A stretch of DNA of 64,000 nt from Alphaproteobacteria bacterium. Its GTDB lineage: Bacteria; Pseudomonadota; Alphaproteobacteria; UBA9219. Shown in pieces: positions 9,910 through 20,251 of this stretch. The stretch covers positions 8,294 through 72,293 of the forward strand of contig JARLJD010000109.1 of NCBI GenBank assembly GCA_031291395.1, in the 5' to 3' direction. The notes beneath the pieces were generated by a model. It saw only the letters and a program-made list of their open reading frames with translations, was not told the DNA's origin and searched no databases. Each line of letters begins with the position of its first letter. Position 1 is the stretch's first letter. The position numbers were made by a program, and so were the translations under genes.

Positions 9910-10860
9910 ATGAAGGAAAATATGCGCGCATTCGTTATTATCGCAACCAAAGGGCGCGCGAAAGAAACGCGTGTTCTTCTGGACTTTTTGCAGCGCCAGA
10001 CTTTGCCGCCTGCCTATGCCCTTATCGTCGGAAGCGAAGCCGGGGATATCGACGGGTGCGGCGATCATCCTTTGTTGGCGGCAGGGCGCGGCGAGGCTTT
10101 TGTGTCGCCGCGCGTCGGTTCGACTTGCCAGCGCAACGCGGGGCTAGAGGCGCTGAAACGGCGCGGCGCGTTCGGGCAGAGCGGCGGCGATTGCTTTTGC
10201 GCCTTCTTCGACGATGATTTCCGTCCAGCTGCTGATTGGCTGGAAAACGCAGCCGCGCGTTTTGAAAAAGGCGGCATTGTCGGCCTGACGGGCCTCGTGC
10301 TGGCCGACGGCGTCACGACCGGCGGCTTGACCGAGGAACAGGCCGCCGCCTTCTTAAGCGGAAAAACGCCGCCTGCCGCACGTTATGCAAACATGAATAC
10401 CGAGCGCGAGACCGAGTGCGCCTATGGCTGCAACATGGCTTTTATCGGCACAGTCGCGCGCGACATCCGCTTTGACGAAAACCTCCCGCTTTACGGCTGG
10501 CAGGAAGACCGCGATTACACAGGGCAATGTTTGAAGTTGAATCTCGGCCGCGCGGTGTTCGTGCCTTCTTGCGTCGGCGTGCATAGGGGCGTGTCGAGCG
10601 GCCGCACCAGCGGCTTGCGCCTCGGCTATTCGCAAATCGCCAACCCTTTGTACCTGATGAAAAAGGGAACCATGACCTTAAAATCGGGTCTTTTGCATAT
10701 GGCGCGCAATGCCGTCGCCAATGTCGTCAAAAGCGTTGCCCCGCCTCGCCCCAATGTCGATTACAAAGGCCGCCTCATCGGCAATCTCCGCGCGATCGGC
10801 GACGTTCTGCGCGCCATATCGAACCCGCGCCGGATTCTGGATGCGGATTTTCAGGCTTGA
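9910..10860 (+). CDS. GT-A fold (family 2-like) glycosyltransferase
   Basis: N-terminus RAFVIIATKGRAKETRVLLDFL plus a FFDDDFRP acidic motif. The start is set at ATG 9910; the ORF upstream of that overlaps fabI. The 3' end overlaps the convergent GT4 gene by 86 nt. Confidence 0.55.
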   Translation: MKENMRAFVIIATKGRAKETRVLLDFLQRQTLPPAYALIVGSEAGDIDGCGDHPLLAAGRGEAFVSPRVGSTCQRNAGLEALKRRGAFGQSGGDCFCAFFDDDFRPAADWLENAAARFEKGGIVGLTGLVLADGVTTGGLTEEQAAAFLSGKTPPAARYANMNTERETECAYGCNMAFIGTVARDIRFDENLPLYGWQEDRDYTGQCLKLNLGRAVFVPSCVGVHRGVSSGRTSGLRLGYSQIANPLYLMKKGTMTLKSGLLHMARNAVANVVKSVAPPRPNVDYKGRLIGNLRAIGDVLRAISNPRRILDADFQA

Positions 10861-11947
10861 ACTTGAACCGCGTGTTTTTTTCGATCTCTTCAAGCAATTT
10901 CCCCGCGCTGTCCCTCCATAAAAACAAGCGAGTGCGAAGATCGCCTTTTCGTTTAAGTTCCGCCCTTAGCTCCGGCGAGGCGATAATTTCCTTCATCCGC
11001 GCAGCCATATCTGCCGTGTCCAAAGGATTGAAATAAAGCGCCGCGTCGCCGCAAACTTCCACGACCGGCGGAATGCGCGAAGCGACGACGGGACAACCCA
11101 GCGCCATTGCTTCCAAAGGGGGGATGCCGAAACCTTCGTAAAGGCTGGGAAACACAAGCGCCGCCGCGTTTCGGTAAAGCGCTACGATTTCGCCGTCGGT
11201 CAGGCGTCCCGTCATCATCACATTTTCAGTCGCCTCAAAACGATTGCCCGCAAAGACTTTCCCTGCCGTCGCGCCGACGATAACGAAAGCCGTATCCGGC
11301 CGCCGAAGCTCCGTGAAAGCTGCGATCGCGCGGTTCAAATTCTTGTTGGGAACGGGAGAGCCGACGAAAAAGAAATAAGGCCGTTTGCGCAGGCCGAGGC
11401 GGCCGAGAATTTCCGGCTCCGGTCTGTGCCGTAAAATATGTTCGTGGCCGTTGGGTAAAATCGAAACGGCGGATTCCTCGACGCCCCAGATAGCCGCGAG
11501 TTCCTTGCGCGAGAAATTGGAAACACTCGTCAGCATCGCCCGCTGCGCCAGAAAGCGCCCAAGCGCGCGATGAAACAGCCCGTAGAGCCGCCCGTAATTC
11601 CCCGGTATGCGATAGACCGCCGCGTCGTGAACGACGACAAGCTGCCGAGGATGGAAAACAGGGCCGCTGTTGCAAAAATTCAGCAGAACGCCGTGCCGCG
11701 CCGCGCGCGCCAAATCCCACTGCTCCCACGCGTGCCCGTGCAAGCAACCGACATTGGCAAAACCGATGCGCGACACACCATCGGGTTTTACTGTTCCCTG
11801 CGGCGCAAGAATCGTAACGTTGGCATCCGAATTGCGTTCGCAGAGAAGCGCGTCGAGCGCCGCCACGATCTCGCGCGCGAAACGTTCGGTTCCGGTGATT
11901 TTCTTCCCGTAGAAACGGCCATTTATGAAAATGGGCAGCGTTACCAT
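10775..11947 (-). CDS. glycosyltransferase family 4 (GT-B)
   Basis: C-terminal EX7E-type motif region (SLYEGFGIPPLEAMALGCPVVAS). The start ATG overlaps the stop of the upstream GT4 gene in the sequence ATGGTAA. Confidence 0.75.
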   Translation of the reverse strand: MVTLPIFINGRFYGKKITGTERFAREIVAALDALLCERNSDANVTILAPQGTVKPDGVSRIGFANVGCLHGHAWEQWDLARAARHGVLLNFCNSGPVFHPRQLVVVHDAAVYRIPGNYGRLYGLFHRALGRFLAQRAMLTSVSNFSRKELAAIWGVEESAVSILPNGHEHILRHRPEPEILGRLGLRKRPYFFFVGSPVPNKNLNRAIAAFTELRRPDTAFVIVGATAGKVFAGNRFEATENVMMTGRLTDGEIVALYRNAAALVFPSLYEGFGIPPLEAMALGCPVVASRIPPVVEVCGDAALYFNPLDTADMAARMKEIIASPELRAELKRKGDLRTRLFLWRDSAGKLLEEIEKNTRFKFKPENPHPESGAGSIWRAERRRSRGDCR

Positions 11948-13068
11948 GTTCCGCCGGATTCCCTGAATGCGCAAATGGCGTCGTCCACGACTTTTCCGAA
12001 ACGTTCCTTGAACAGCGCCGTGCTGAATCTTTCCGCGTTTTGCCGGATTTTATCGGCGGAGAATAGGGGCGCGATCCGTTCAAACCGCGCGACGCCTTCG
12101 ATCAGGGATTCTGGCGTTTGCCGCGGGAACAACACCCCCGTTTCGCCGTCAATCACCGTCTCTAACGCCCCGCCTTTGCCGAAGGCGATGACGGGCGTGC
12201 CGCAAGCCTGCGCTTCAACCGGCGCGATGCCAAAATCCTCCTCGGCGGCAAAGACGAAAGCCTTGGCGCGTTGCATATGGTCGATTAGAACGTCGCGCGG
12301 CTGATAGCCGAGAAAAGTTATATTCGCGCCCGCTTTTTCTTTAACGGCGGCGAAGTCGGGACCGTCGCCGATGACGATCAGTTTTTTATCCGGCATGCGC
12401 GTAAAGGCCTCGACGATCAGCGCCATTTTTTTGTAAGGAACGAAGCGCGAGGCCGCGAGATAAAAATCCTCCTTGCGCGTCCCCGGCACAAATTGTTCGA
12501 GCGAAACCGGCGGATAGATCACATCGGCGTCGCGCCCATAAACTTTCCTGATACGCCGCGCGATATAGTGTGAATTGGCTACGAAGCGGTCGACCCCGTT
12601 GCCTGTCCTGCAATCCCACATACGAATATAATGCAAAACCAGCCGCGCGAAAAAGCCGCGTAGCCCGCGCGAAATTCCCGTGTCCTTCAGATAAACATGT
12701 TGAAGATCCCACGCATAGCGAACGGGGCTATGCACATAGGAAATATGCAACTGATCAGGGCCGGTGATGACGCCTTTAGCGACGGCATGCGACGAGCTGA
12801 GGATAAGGTTATATTCCGACAGGTCGAATTGCTCGACGGCCAGCGGCATCAACGGCAGATAGAAGCGGTATTTCTTGCGCGCGAAGGGCAGCTTTTGGAT
12901 GAATGAGGTTGTGACGCGCCTGCCTTTCAGAAAGTCGCGGTCTTTCTCGGGAAGAAAATCTACTAGCGCGAACACACCTGCGTCAGGGAACATCTGAAGC
13001 ATAGATTCGACGACAGCCTCGGAACCAGCCTTCATCGTCAGCCATTCATGAACGATAGCGACCCGCAT
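11941..13068 (-). CDS. glycosyltransferase family 4 (GT-B)
   Basis: 375 aa with FVFAAEEDFGIAPVEAQACGTPVIA, a GT4 sugar-donor binding motif. Confidence 0.75.
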   Translation of the reverse strand: MRVAIVHEWLTMKAGSEAVVESMLQMFPDAGVFALVDFLPEKDRDFLKGRRVTTSFIQKLPFARKKYRFYLPLMPLAVEQFDLSEYNLILSSSHAVAKGVITGPDQLHISYVHSPVRYAWDLQHVYLKDTGISRGLRGFFARLVLHYIRMWDCRTGNGVDRFVANSHYIARRIRKVYGRDADVIYPPVSLEQFVPGTRKEDFYLAASRFVPYKKMALIVEAFTRMPDKKLIVIGDGPDFAAVKEKAGANITFLGYQPRDVLIDHMQRAKAFVFAAEEDFGIAPVEAQACGTPVIAFGKGGALETVIDGETGVLFPRQTPESLIEGVARFERIAPLFSADKIRQNAERFSTALFKERFGKVVDDAICAFRESGGTW

Positions 13069-13201
13069 TCGATTGTCCGAAGCTATGAGAATCCGTTATC
13101 GCCTCAGGATTCAAGAGGTTATTCGTCAACGAGGCGACTGTTCTTCGCATAGAGTGTGGATTAATACAAGTGTCGCGCCTTTAGGTGTCGCGCCTTGAGG
13201 C

Positions 13202-14425
13202 TTACACAAAATTCCGCATAATATCCTCGAAACTATCCCGCCTGCGTATCAGTCTGTCCTTGCCGTCGGAGCTGATCAAAACCTCCGCAGGTTTCAGCCT
13301 GCAGTTATAGTTGGAGGACATTGAAAAGCCATAAGCGCCCGCGTTCATCACCGCAATGATATCGCCTTCGCCTATGGGAGGAAGAACCCTGTCTTTTGCG
13401 ATGATGTCGCCGCTTTCGCATATGTTGCCGACAATGGTCGCTTTCTCGTTTCCGCCGGAAGATGCCTTCTTTTGCGCAACCCTGATCTGATGATATGAGT
13501 CATACATGACCGGTCTGGCGAGAACATTGAACCCCAAATCCGTGCCGACATACTTGATCCCGTAATTTTCTTTAACCGAATACACCTCGCCCAAAAGCAT
13601 CCCGCATTCGGCAACGATGTATCTTCCCGGCTCGGATTTGAACATGATATTTTTGTTGTCATACTTTTCTATGAACGCGGAAAAAACGGCGTCAAGTTTT
13701 CGGGACAATTCGGCAAGATCAAGCCTGTGTTCATCTTCCTTGTAAGGAACGCCAAAACCGCCGCCCATGTCGATAAAATCGAGTCCACGAAACTCGTGCG
13801 CGATTTCCAGAAGGTTTTTCACCCCGTCAATATACTTGTCCCCATCCAGAAACAGCGATCCGATGTGCTGATTGATCCCGACAAGTTTCAGGTCGTACTT
13901 CTGTATTAATTCTTTCACATGCCCGATAAAATCTTTCTGAACCCCGAACTTTGTTTTCTTTCCCGCAGTGACGACTTTCTCGTGATGCCCCGCGCCGACA
14001 CCCGCGTTAAATCTGACGGCGACTCGCCCGCCACGATTGATTTTGCCAAAAAGTTCCAGCTGCGAGAGGGAATCCACGCTGACAAGAACGCCTCTTTCTA
14101 TCGCATACGTCATCTCGTCCGCCGAGACGTTGTTCCCAATATAAAGAATCCTTTCTTTTGGGAACCCCGCTTCCTGTTCAACAAAAATCTCTCCCGGAGA
14201 CATGGCGTCGACGTCAATATCCTCGCTCAAAACAATTTTCAGCAATTCAAGATTGCTGTTCGCTTTTGCGGAATAATTGACCCTGTAATTTTTATTCGGC
14301 AGCAGATTCCTGATTTCCCTGCATCGCTCTCTCAGTATGTTTTCATCATAGACATAAAGCGGGCTGCCGTATTTCTCGATCAAGTCAAAGGCTCTGTCGT
14401 TGCTGATAAACATTCTATTCCCCAT
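13202..14425 (-). CDS. lysA: diaminopimelate decarboxylase-like PLP-dependent decarboxylase (Orn/DAP/Arg decarboxylase family 2)
   Basis: 407 aa. Alanine-racemase-like TIM barrel plus C-terminal beta domain; GSPLYVYDE N-terminal motif and CESGD near the C-terminus. Adjacent to dapA. Noticeably AT-rich. Confidence 0.7.
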   Translation of the reverse strand: MGNRMFISNDRAFDLIEKYGSPLYVYDENILRERCREIRNLLPNKNYRVNYSAKANSNLELLKIVLSEDIDVDAMSPGEIFVEQEAGFPKERILYIGNNVSADEMTYAIERGVLVSVDSLSQLELFGKINRGGRVAVRFNAGVGAGHHEKVVTAGKKTKFGVQKDFIGHVKELIQKYDLKLVGINQHIGSLFLDGDKYIDGVKNLLEIAHEFRGLDFIDMGGGFGVPYKEDEHRLDLAELSRKLDAVFSAFIEKYDNKNIMFKSEPGRYIVAECGMLLGEVYSVKENYGIKYVGTDLGFNVLARPVMYDSYHQIRVAQKKASSGGNEKATIVGNICESGDIIAKDRVLPPIGEGDIIAVMNAGAYGFSMSSNYNCRLKPAEVLISSDGKDRLIRRRDSFEDIMRNFV

Positions 14426-14446
14426 GCGTTGTATCGGTTTCCCGCT

Positions 14447-15343
14447 TCAGTTCAGCAGCCCTTGCTCTCTCATAACGGACGCCAAGAACTGACGATTGGC
14501 TTCCTCCATTTCGAACATCGGCAGACGCAATTCAGGGCTGTCGATCAGTTTCATCATCGCCATAGCTTCCTTGATCGGCCCGGGATTCGATTCGACAAAA
14601 ACGGCTTTGAAAAGCGGAAACAACTTCAAATGCAATTCACGCGCCCGCTGAAAATTGCCGGACAGCGCGGCGCGTATCAATTCGCTCATTTGTTTTGGTA
14701 TGATGTTGCCCACAGTGGAAATCACCCCTTTGCCGCCAACCGCCATGCAGGCAAGCGCCATATTGTCGTCTCCGCATAACATGGAAAAATTCTTCGGGCA
14801 CAGGCGTACAACCTGCGTCATTTGATCAAGCGAGCCGGAAGATTCCTTGACGCCGATGATGTTGGGGCAATCCTGCGCCAGCTTCGCCAAGGTCGCTGTT
14901 TCCATATTGACCGCCGTTCGGCCCTGAATGTTGTAAACAATAATGTCGAGCGGCGTGGATTCGGCGACAGCGCGGAAATGATGATAAAGCCCTTTTTGCG
15001 TCGGGCGATTGTAATAGGGACAGACAATCAGCGCGCCGTTCGCGCCATTGCGCTCCGCCTGTTTGGTGACTTCGATCACATGCTTGGTATTATTGGAACC
15101 GGTTCCGGCAAACACGGGAATTTTCTTTTCCGCTGCCTCGACGATTGTTTTTACAACGCGCCCATGTTCTTCGAGGCTCAGCGTCGGAGCCTCTCCCGTC
15201 GTGCCGCAAGCGATAATCCCGCTTGTGCCGTTTTCTATCTGAAATTTTACAAGTTTCTGGATTTGTTGTTCATCGACAACGTTGTCTTTAAACGGAGTGA
15301 CCAGAGCGACGAAACTTCCTTCAAGCGCAAAAGACATAGACAT
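14447..15343 (-). CDS. dapA: 4-hydroxy-tetrahydrodipicolinate synthase
   Basis: 298 aa. GTTGE motif, the active-site Lys context IIGVKES and YNIQGRT. AT-rich like lysA. Confidence 0.8.
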   Translation of the reverse strand: MSMSFALEGSFVALVTPFKDNVVDEQQIQKLVKFQIENGTSGIIACGTTGEAPTLSLEEHGRVVKTIVEAAEKKIPVFAGTGSNNTKHVIEVTKQAERNGANGALIVCPYYNRPTQKGLYHHFRAVAESTPLDIIVYNIQGRTAVNMETATLAKLAQDCPNIIGVKESSGSLDQMTQVVRLCPKNFSMLCGDDNMALACMAVGGKGVISTVGNIIPKQMSELIRAALSGNFQRARELHLKLFPLFKAVFVESNPGPIKEAMAMMKLIDSPELRLPMFEMEEANRQFLASVMREQGLLN

Positions 15344-15660
15344 GGAACCACCATTTCTTGATAGTGAGGGGAACGCTCTCCAAAAGAAGGAGCGCCGGAG
15401 AATTATTTGTCTGAGGAGGATGTTTGAGGCGGAACGTTAACGTCAGGCATCAAACGAAAATAAAAAAGGCCCTAGGCCTTCTTGCGCTTCAGCAGAAGTT
15501 TTTTCAGATTTTCGCAAAGGACGAATGAGCAAATCATGGATAAAACCTATAGAAGGTTTTTCTTTCTTTCAAGACTTATTTTGATTCTTTGCGAATAAAG
15601 GTGTTTTTTCCAATTTGACGGACACTAAACGGGTCTATAGATTTTAGCGCTTCTCCCGTT

Positions 15661-16830
15661 TTGAAAGTCCGTATGTTTTCTTGCACCGCCCTTATCGTCG
15701 CCGCCGGAACGGGATCGCGTTTTGGCGGTTCGCTTCCCAAGCAATATCATGAGCTTGCAGGCGAGCCGGTTTTGCGCCGCAGCGTTCTGGCGTTTTTGAA
15801 CCACCCGCATATCGACTGTGTGCAGGTGGTGATCAACCCCGACCACCGCTCGCTTTATGACGAAGCCGTAGGCGATCTGGTTCTGCCGGAACCTGTCCCC
15901 GGCGGCGACTCGCGACAGGAAAGCGTCTTGTTGGGGCTAGAGGCTTTGGCCAAATCCAACCGCCCCGATCTGGTCATGATCCACGATGCGGCGCGGCCTT
16001 TGATTGATGCCGCGACGATCACCGATGTGCGACGCGCGTTAGAGACATCCCGCGGCGCGATTGCGGCCAAGCCTTTGGTCGATACGCTGAAACGCGGCAA
16101 CGGCGTTGAAATCGTCACGACGATCGACCGAGCCAATCTGTGGCAGGCGCACACGCCGCAGGCTTTCCATTTCAACGATATTCTCGTCGCCCACCGCGAA
16201 GCGGCGAACGCGCAATTGACGGACGATGCCGCCGTCGCCGAAAGACTTGGCATGAAAGTGACGCTTGTACCTTCAAATCCGGATAACATGAAAATCACCA
16301 ATCCCGACGATCTTGACAGAGCCACGCGGCTTTTAGGCCAGAATTACGGCGATATTCGCACGGGGATGGGCTTTGACGTTCATCGCCTGATCCCGGGCGA
16401 TCATATCATGCTGTGCGGCATCGCCGTTCCGCACCCGTTTACAGCCGAGGGGCATTCTGATGCCGATGTCGGTCTGCACGCGCTGGTCGACGCTATTCTG
16501 GGCGCGATGAGCGCGGGCGACATCGGCCAGCATTTTCCGCCTTCCGATCCGCAATGGAAAGGAAAGGACAGCGCCCATTTCGTGCGCCACGCCGTCGGCA
16601 TGGTGTCCGAGCGCGGCGGCATCATCGCCCACGCCGACATCACGATGCTGTGCGAAGCTCCGCGTATTGGGCCGCATCGAGAGGCGATGATCCAGCGCGT
16701 GGCCGAACTTCTCGAAATCTCCCCTAGCCGCGTCAGCGTCAAAGCCACAACAACCGAACGTTTGGGTTTCACAGGCCGTGGCGAAGGCATCGCCGCGCAG
16801 GCAGTGGCAACGGTCAGGTTTCCGGGATAG
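15661..16830 (+). CDS. ispDF: bifunctional IspD/IspF (MEP cytidylyltransferase / MEcPP synthase)
   Basis: N-terminal IspD (ALIVAAGTGSRFG); C-terminal IspF (GMGFDVHRL...HSDADVGLHA). This fusion is typical of alphaproteobacteria. Confidence 0.9.
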   Translation: MKVRMFSCTALIVAAGTGSRFGGSLPKQYHELAGEPVLRRSVLAFLNHPHIDCVQVVINPDHRSLYDEAVGDLVLPEPVPGGDSRQESVLLGLEALAKSNRPDLVMIHDAARPLIDAATITDVRRALETSRGAIAAKPLVDTLKRGNGVEIVTTIDRANLWQAHTPQAFHFNDILVAHREAANAQLTDDAAVAERLGMKVTLVPSNPDNMKITNPDDLDRATRLLGQNYGDIRTGMGFDVHRLIPGDHIMLCGIAVPHPFTAEGHSDADVGLHALVDAILGAMSAGDIGQHFPPSDPQWKGKDSAHFVRHAVGMVSERGGIIAHADITMLCEAPRIGPHREAMIQRVAELLEISPSRVSVKATTTERLGFTGRGEGIAAQAVATVRFPG

Positions 16831-16903
16831 GAGAAAGCTCTAACGCCGAAAACAAATTCACTAATCCTCTCACATCGACTAACCCCTAACCACACTCTCC
16901 CCC

Positions 16904-17734
16904 ATGTCCCTCCTCCACGCCCTCATCATCGCTATCCTGCAAGGCGCAACGGAACTTTTTCCGGTCAGCAGCCTTGGCCACGCCGTTATTTTGCCCAGTT
17001 TGCTGGGCTGGCCGATCGATCAGAAATCGCCCGATTTTCTGCCTTTTCTTGTGGTGCTGCATCTGGGGACGGCAACGGCTCTACTGGCTTATTTCTGGCG
17101 CGACTGGCTTGGTTTCGCCTGCGCCGTTCTGGGGCGCGGAGAGGCGGAGACTGTGCGGCGCGAGCGCAAAACCTTCTGGCTGGTCTGCGCGGCGACCTTG
17201 CCCGCCGTCATCATCGGCTTTACTTTAGAGCATAAATTACGCGCATTTTTCGGTGTCCCCGCTCTGGCGGCGGGATTTTTGATCGTCAACGGTTTCATTC
17301 TTTATCTGGGCGATCGTCTGAAACAAGCCGGCATAAAAACACTTGATCAAGTCGGATTCAAAACCGCGCTGATCATCGGCGCCTGTCAGGCTTTGGCATT
17401 GATCCCGGGTATTTCGCGTTCGGGTGCGACAATGGTCGGGGGCGTGCTGGCGGGACTGACGCACAAGGACGCGGCGCGTTTTTCCTTCCTGATGGCAACG
17501 CCGGTGATCGCTGGCGCAGGCGTTCTCGAAGTTCCGAAACTTCTTAAAGCCCACGGCCAGATCGCCTTTGACGGCGGCGTGGTCGCGCTGGCGGGGGTGA
17601 TCGCCGGAATCGTCGCATGGCTCAGCGTTGCCGGATTGATGTACTATTTCAAGAAAAACGAAATAAACGCCTTGAAACCCTTCGCATTCTATTGCTGGAT
17701 CGCGGGCGCTCTTGCTTTGATCGCGCTGCTTTGA
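16904..17734 (+). CDS. uppP: undecaprenyl-diphosphatase
   Basis: 276-aa polytopic membrane protein with the BacA/UppP motifs ELFPVSSLGH and PGISRSGAT. Confidence 0.9.
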   Translation: MSLLHALIIAILQGATELFPVSSLGHAVILPSLLGWPIDQKSPDFLPFLVVLHLGTATALLAYFWRDWLGFACAVLGRGEAETVRRERKTFWLVCAATLPAVIIGFTLEHKLRAFFGVPALAAGFLIVNGFILYLGDRLKQAGIKTLDQVGFKTALIIGACQALALIPGISRSGATMVGGVLAGLTHKDAARFSFLMATPVIAGAGVLEVPKLLKAHGQIAFDGGVVALAGVIAGIVAWLSVAGLMYYFKKNEINALKPFAFYCWIAGALALIALL

Positions 17735-17784
17735 CCCCACCGTTTGGGTTTGATCGTTTCACGCAACTCGGTTACACAGGGCAC

Positions 17785-18126
17785 ATGAAGAAAACGCACA
17801 GCTGTCTGAAAATGTTCATCCTTGCGGCTGCATTTGCCTGCGGAGCGCGCGCGGGGTTTGCCCAAGGCTTGGACATGTTGACAAAAAGCCTCCAATTTGG
17901 CGCGGGCATGGAGACCAGCGCCCTTAAGTCCGCCCCGTCGGTCGACCGGATTATGCAACGGCTCAAGATTCAAGGCTATACAGACATAACAGCCCAGAAT
18001 TCTGGCCAGCCCGGTGATCAAATGCATTTCTTCGCTAACACGCCGGAAGGGGAGGCAGTAGATCTGGCTATTGACCCGACGACAGGCGGTATCATTTCGG
18101 CCACGCCGAGAGGGGCTTTACCTTGA
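17785..18126 (+). CDS. small secreted hypothetical protein
   Basis: Signal peptide MKKTHSCLKMFILAAAFACGARAGFA. The start is set at the internal ATG 17785 because the longer ORF overlaps uppP. Confidence 0.4.
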   Translation: MKKTHSCLKMFILAAAFACGARAGFAQGLDMLTKSLQFGAGMETSALKSAPSVDRIMQRLKIQGYTDITAQNSGQPGDQMHFFANTPEGEAVDLAIDPTTGGIISATPRGALP

Positions 18127-18226
18127 TTTGTTAATAATTCAAGGACGGTAATTCGCGGTTGACATAACTGTGCGCATTGCCTAAACCTTGCCGCCTGTCG
18201 AACGGGGACGCAGGTTCCCGCTTTAC

Positions 18227-18303
18227 GCGGGTGTAGCTCAGTTGGTTAGAGCGTCGGCCTGTCACGCCGAAGGTCGCGGGTTCAAGTCCCGTCACTCGCG
18301 CCA
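18227..18303 (+). tRNA. tRNA-Asp (GTC)
   Basis: GCGGGTGTAGCTCAGTTGGTTAGAGC...CCTGTCACG...GGTTCAAGTCCCGTCACTCGCGCCA: a cloverleaf with anticodon GUC and an encoded CCA. Confidence 0.9.
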
Positions 18304-18505
18304 TCCCCCTAGTCAGGGGTGGCCTAAGGAAGACCACAAGATAGTCCTCGAAAACCAAACGCCTTTTTAGCCCTTCCCTCGCGTGAAGAGGGGGGATGCT
18401 GCCGCTCTTTGCGGCGCTACTGTTTCTGAATCGCGACAACAAGCCATTCAGGACTTTGGCACGACCATTGCATTAACTCTTCATGCAAGATGAAAGGAAC
18501 CACCC

Positions 18506-19483
18506 TTGGGCACGCAAATCTCCACTGCGAAAGCGATAGATTCGGTTTTAGAACAATCGGATAGCACGAATGTTTCTTCGCGCATTATCAATGCCATCCA
18601 AAGCGCGGCCACGCGTACCGGCGTCAATTTTTCCTATCTGATGCAGAAAGCTTCGCAGGAAAGCAGCTTTGACCCAACGGCCAAGGCGACGAGCAGCAGC
18701 GCTACGGGGCTGTTCCAGTTCACCAGCCAGACGTGGCTGCACATGATTAAAACCTATGGGGATCAATATGGCCTATCCAATTACGCCGCGCATATCACGG
18801 CGGATTCCTCAGGCCATTTAAGCGTCGATAATGCCGCTACGCGTCAGGCGATTCTGGCTTTGCGCAAAGATCCACAGGTTTCGGCGGAAATGGCGGGCGA
18901 GCTGGACAAGGAAAATGCTGCCGCGTTGCAGCAAAAAGTGGGCGGCACGATCGGCGGCACGGAATTGTATCTCGCGCATTTCCTCGGCGCGAACGGCGCG
19001 AGCCATTTTATCCGCCAGATGCGCCATAATCCGAAAGTCGCGGCGGCGGATGTTCTGCCTTCGGCGGCGGCGTCCAATCCTTCGGTGTTTTACACCAAAT
19101 CGGGTCAACCACGCTCGTTGCAGCAGATTTATCAGCATTTCGCACAGAAATTCGACGACAGCTCGATGCGGATCGCCAGCACATCGCCTGCATCTTCGGC
19201 AGGCTTGCCTTCAAACGCGGCGCTTTCGTTCAACGTCGCCAGTCTGATGCCAACGGCGAATGCGGCGACGTTGTCTTCTGCCGCGGCGCATTCGATCGCC
19301 GCGCTTCGTTCCCCGACAGCAGGAAACATGACGCTCGCCTCGGCCGACGGCGCGACGATGTTCAACGCAATGCTTATGGGGCAGGTGGAAAGGAGCGGCT
19401 TAACCTCGACAGCGCCGATTTCCGCGATAGGGCAGGGGGCGGATAACAGAAAGAAAGTCGCGGCTTATGCGATGCTGTCGTAA
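18506..19483 (+). CDS. SLT-domain lytic transglycosylase-like protein
   Basis: ESSFDPTAKATSSSATGLFQFTSQTW matches the SLT catalytic Glu-Ser and GLMQ region. Confidence 0.55.
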   Translation: MGTQISTAKAIDSVLEQSDSTNVSSRIINAIQSAATRTGVNFSYLMQKASQESSFDPTAKATSSSATGLFQFTSQTWLHMIKTYGDQYGLSNYAAHITADSSGHLSVDNAATRQAILALRKDPQVSAEMAGELDKENAAALQQKVGGTIGGTELYLAHFLGANGASHFIRQMRHNPKVAAADVLPSAAASNPSVFYTKSGQPRSLQQIYQHFAQKFDDSSMRIASTSPASSAGLPSNAALSFNVASLMPTANAATLSSAAAHSIAALRSPTAGNMTLASADGATMFNAMLMGQVERSGLTSTAPISAIGQGADNRKKVAAYAMLS

Positions 19484-19485
19484 AA

Positions 19486-20169
19486 TCACGCCTTCCTGTA
19501 AACGTAAATCACTTCCTTAAACGGCGTGCGGAATTGCACCACTTCAACCGGCTCCCACGGGGCGAGGAGGGGGAAGGTGTGCGAGATGACGGTGCCGCCG
19601 GGCTTCAGTTCGCGGTAGAGTTTTTCTCCGGCGCGTTCGGCGAAAGGGCGGGAAAGATAAAACACCACCGCGTCGATTTCCGAACAATCATAAGGCCAGA
19701 AATCGCAGCGTTGATAGGAAAGATTTTTTGGCCCCAGCCAGCGTTGCATCCACGATGATTGCAGATAGGGAATGCGCGCCAGCTCGATGCCGATCACGCG
19801 CGCGGTTGGGATGGTTTTGGCGATATGCCGCGTCAATTCCCCGCGCCCAGAGCCCAGATCGATCACGGTATAGCCGCGATCCATCCGCAGCGAAGCCTCG
19901 CGTTTCAGAATGTCGGCGATCTTGCCGCGGCCTGCAAACCCCGTCGCCAGAGTCGGCACATTGGCGCGGTTGATCGTCAGTTCAAACACGATCCGAAACG
20001 CCGCATAGAAGATAAAGATTAGCGGAAGAACGGAATACCACGTAAACCCCCGCGCGATATGCCATGCGCTGAGCCCCAGAATAACCAAAAGGCCGACGCC
20101 GATGATATCCAGTTGGACATGGCCGGAGGAGAAAAATTTTTTGAGAGTCATAGGGAGGCCATGGATCAT
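19486..20169 (-). CDS. class I SAM-dependent methyltransferase with N-terminal TM helices
   Basis: VIDLGSGRGELT motif I. The start is trimmed to an internal Met so it does not overlap tRNA-Arg. Confidence 0.55.
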   Translation of the reverse strand: MIHGLPMTLKKFFSSGHVQLDIIGVGLLVILGLSAWHIARGFTWYSVLPLIFIFYAAFRIVFELTINRANVPTLATGFAGRGKIADILKREASLRMDRGYTVIDLGSGRGELTRHIAKTIPTARVIGIELARIPYLQSSWMQRWLGPKNLSYQRCDFWPYDCSEIDAVVFYLSRPFAERAGEKLYRELKPGGTVISHTFPLLAPWEPVEVVQFRTPFKEVIYVYRKA

Positions 20170-20174
20170 AAAAA

Positions 20175-20251
20175 TGGTGCGCCCTGCGGGATTCGAACCC
20201 ACGACCTGCCGCTTAGAAGGCGGCCGCTCTATCCAACTGAGCTAAGGGCGC
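20175..20251 (-). tRNA. tRNA-Arg (TCT)
   Basis: The reverse complement reads GCGCCCTTAGCTCAGTTGGATAGAGCGGCCGCCTTCTAAGCGGCAGGTCGTGGGTTCGAATCCCGCAGGGCGCACCA. The anticodon loop CTTCTAA gives anticodon UCU. Confidence 0.85.

Noticed and set aside
11235-12304. ORFs of 282 aa (minus) and 244 aa (plus) overlapping the GT4 genes
   Set aside because: They are out-of-frame or antisense to glycosyltransferases that have clear GT4 motifs.
18131-18442. ORFs of 103 aa (minus) and 60 aa (plus) overlapping 18227-18303
   Set aside because: They overlap tRNA-Asp and are spurious.
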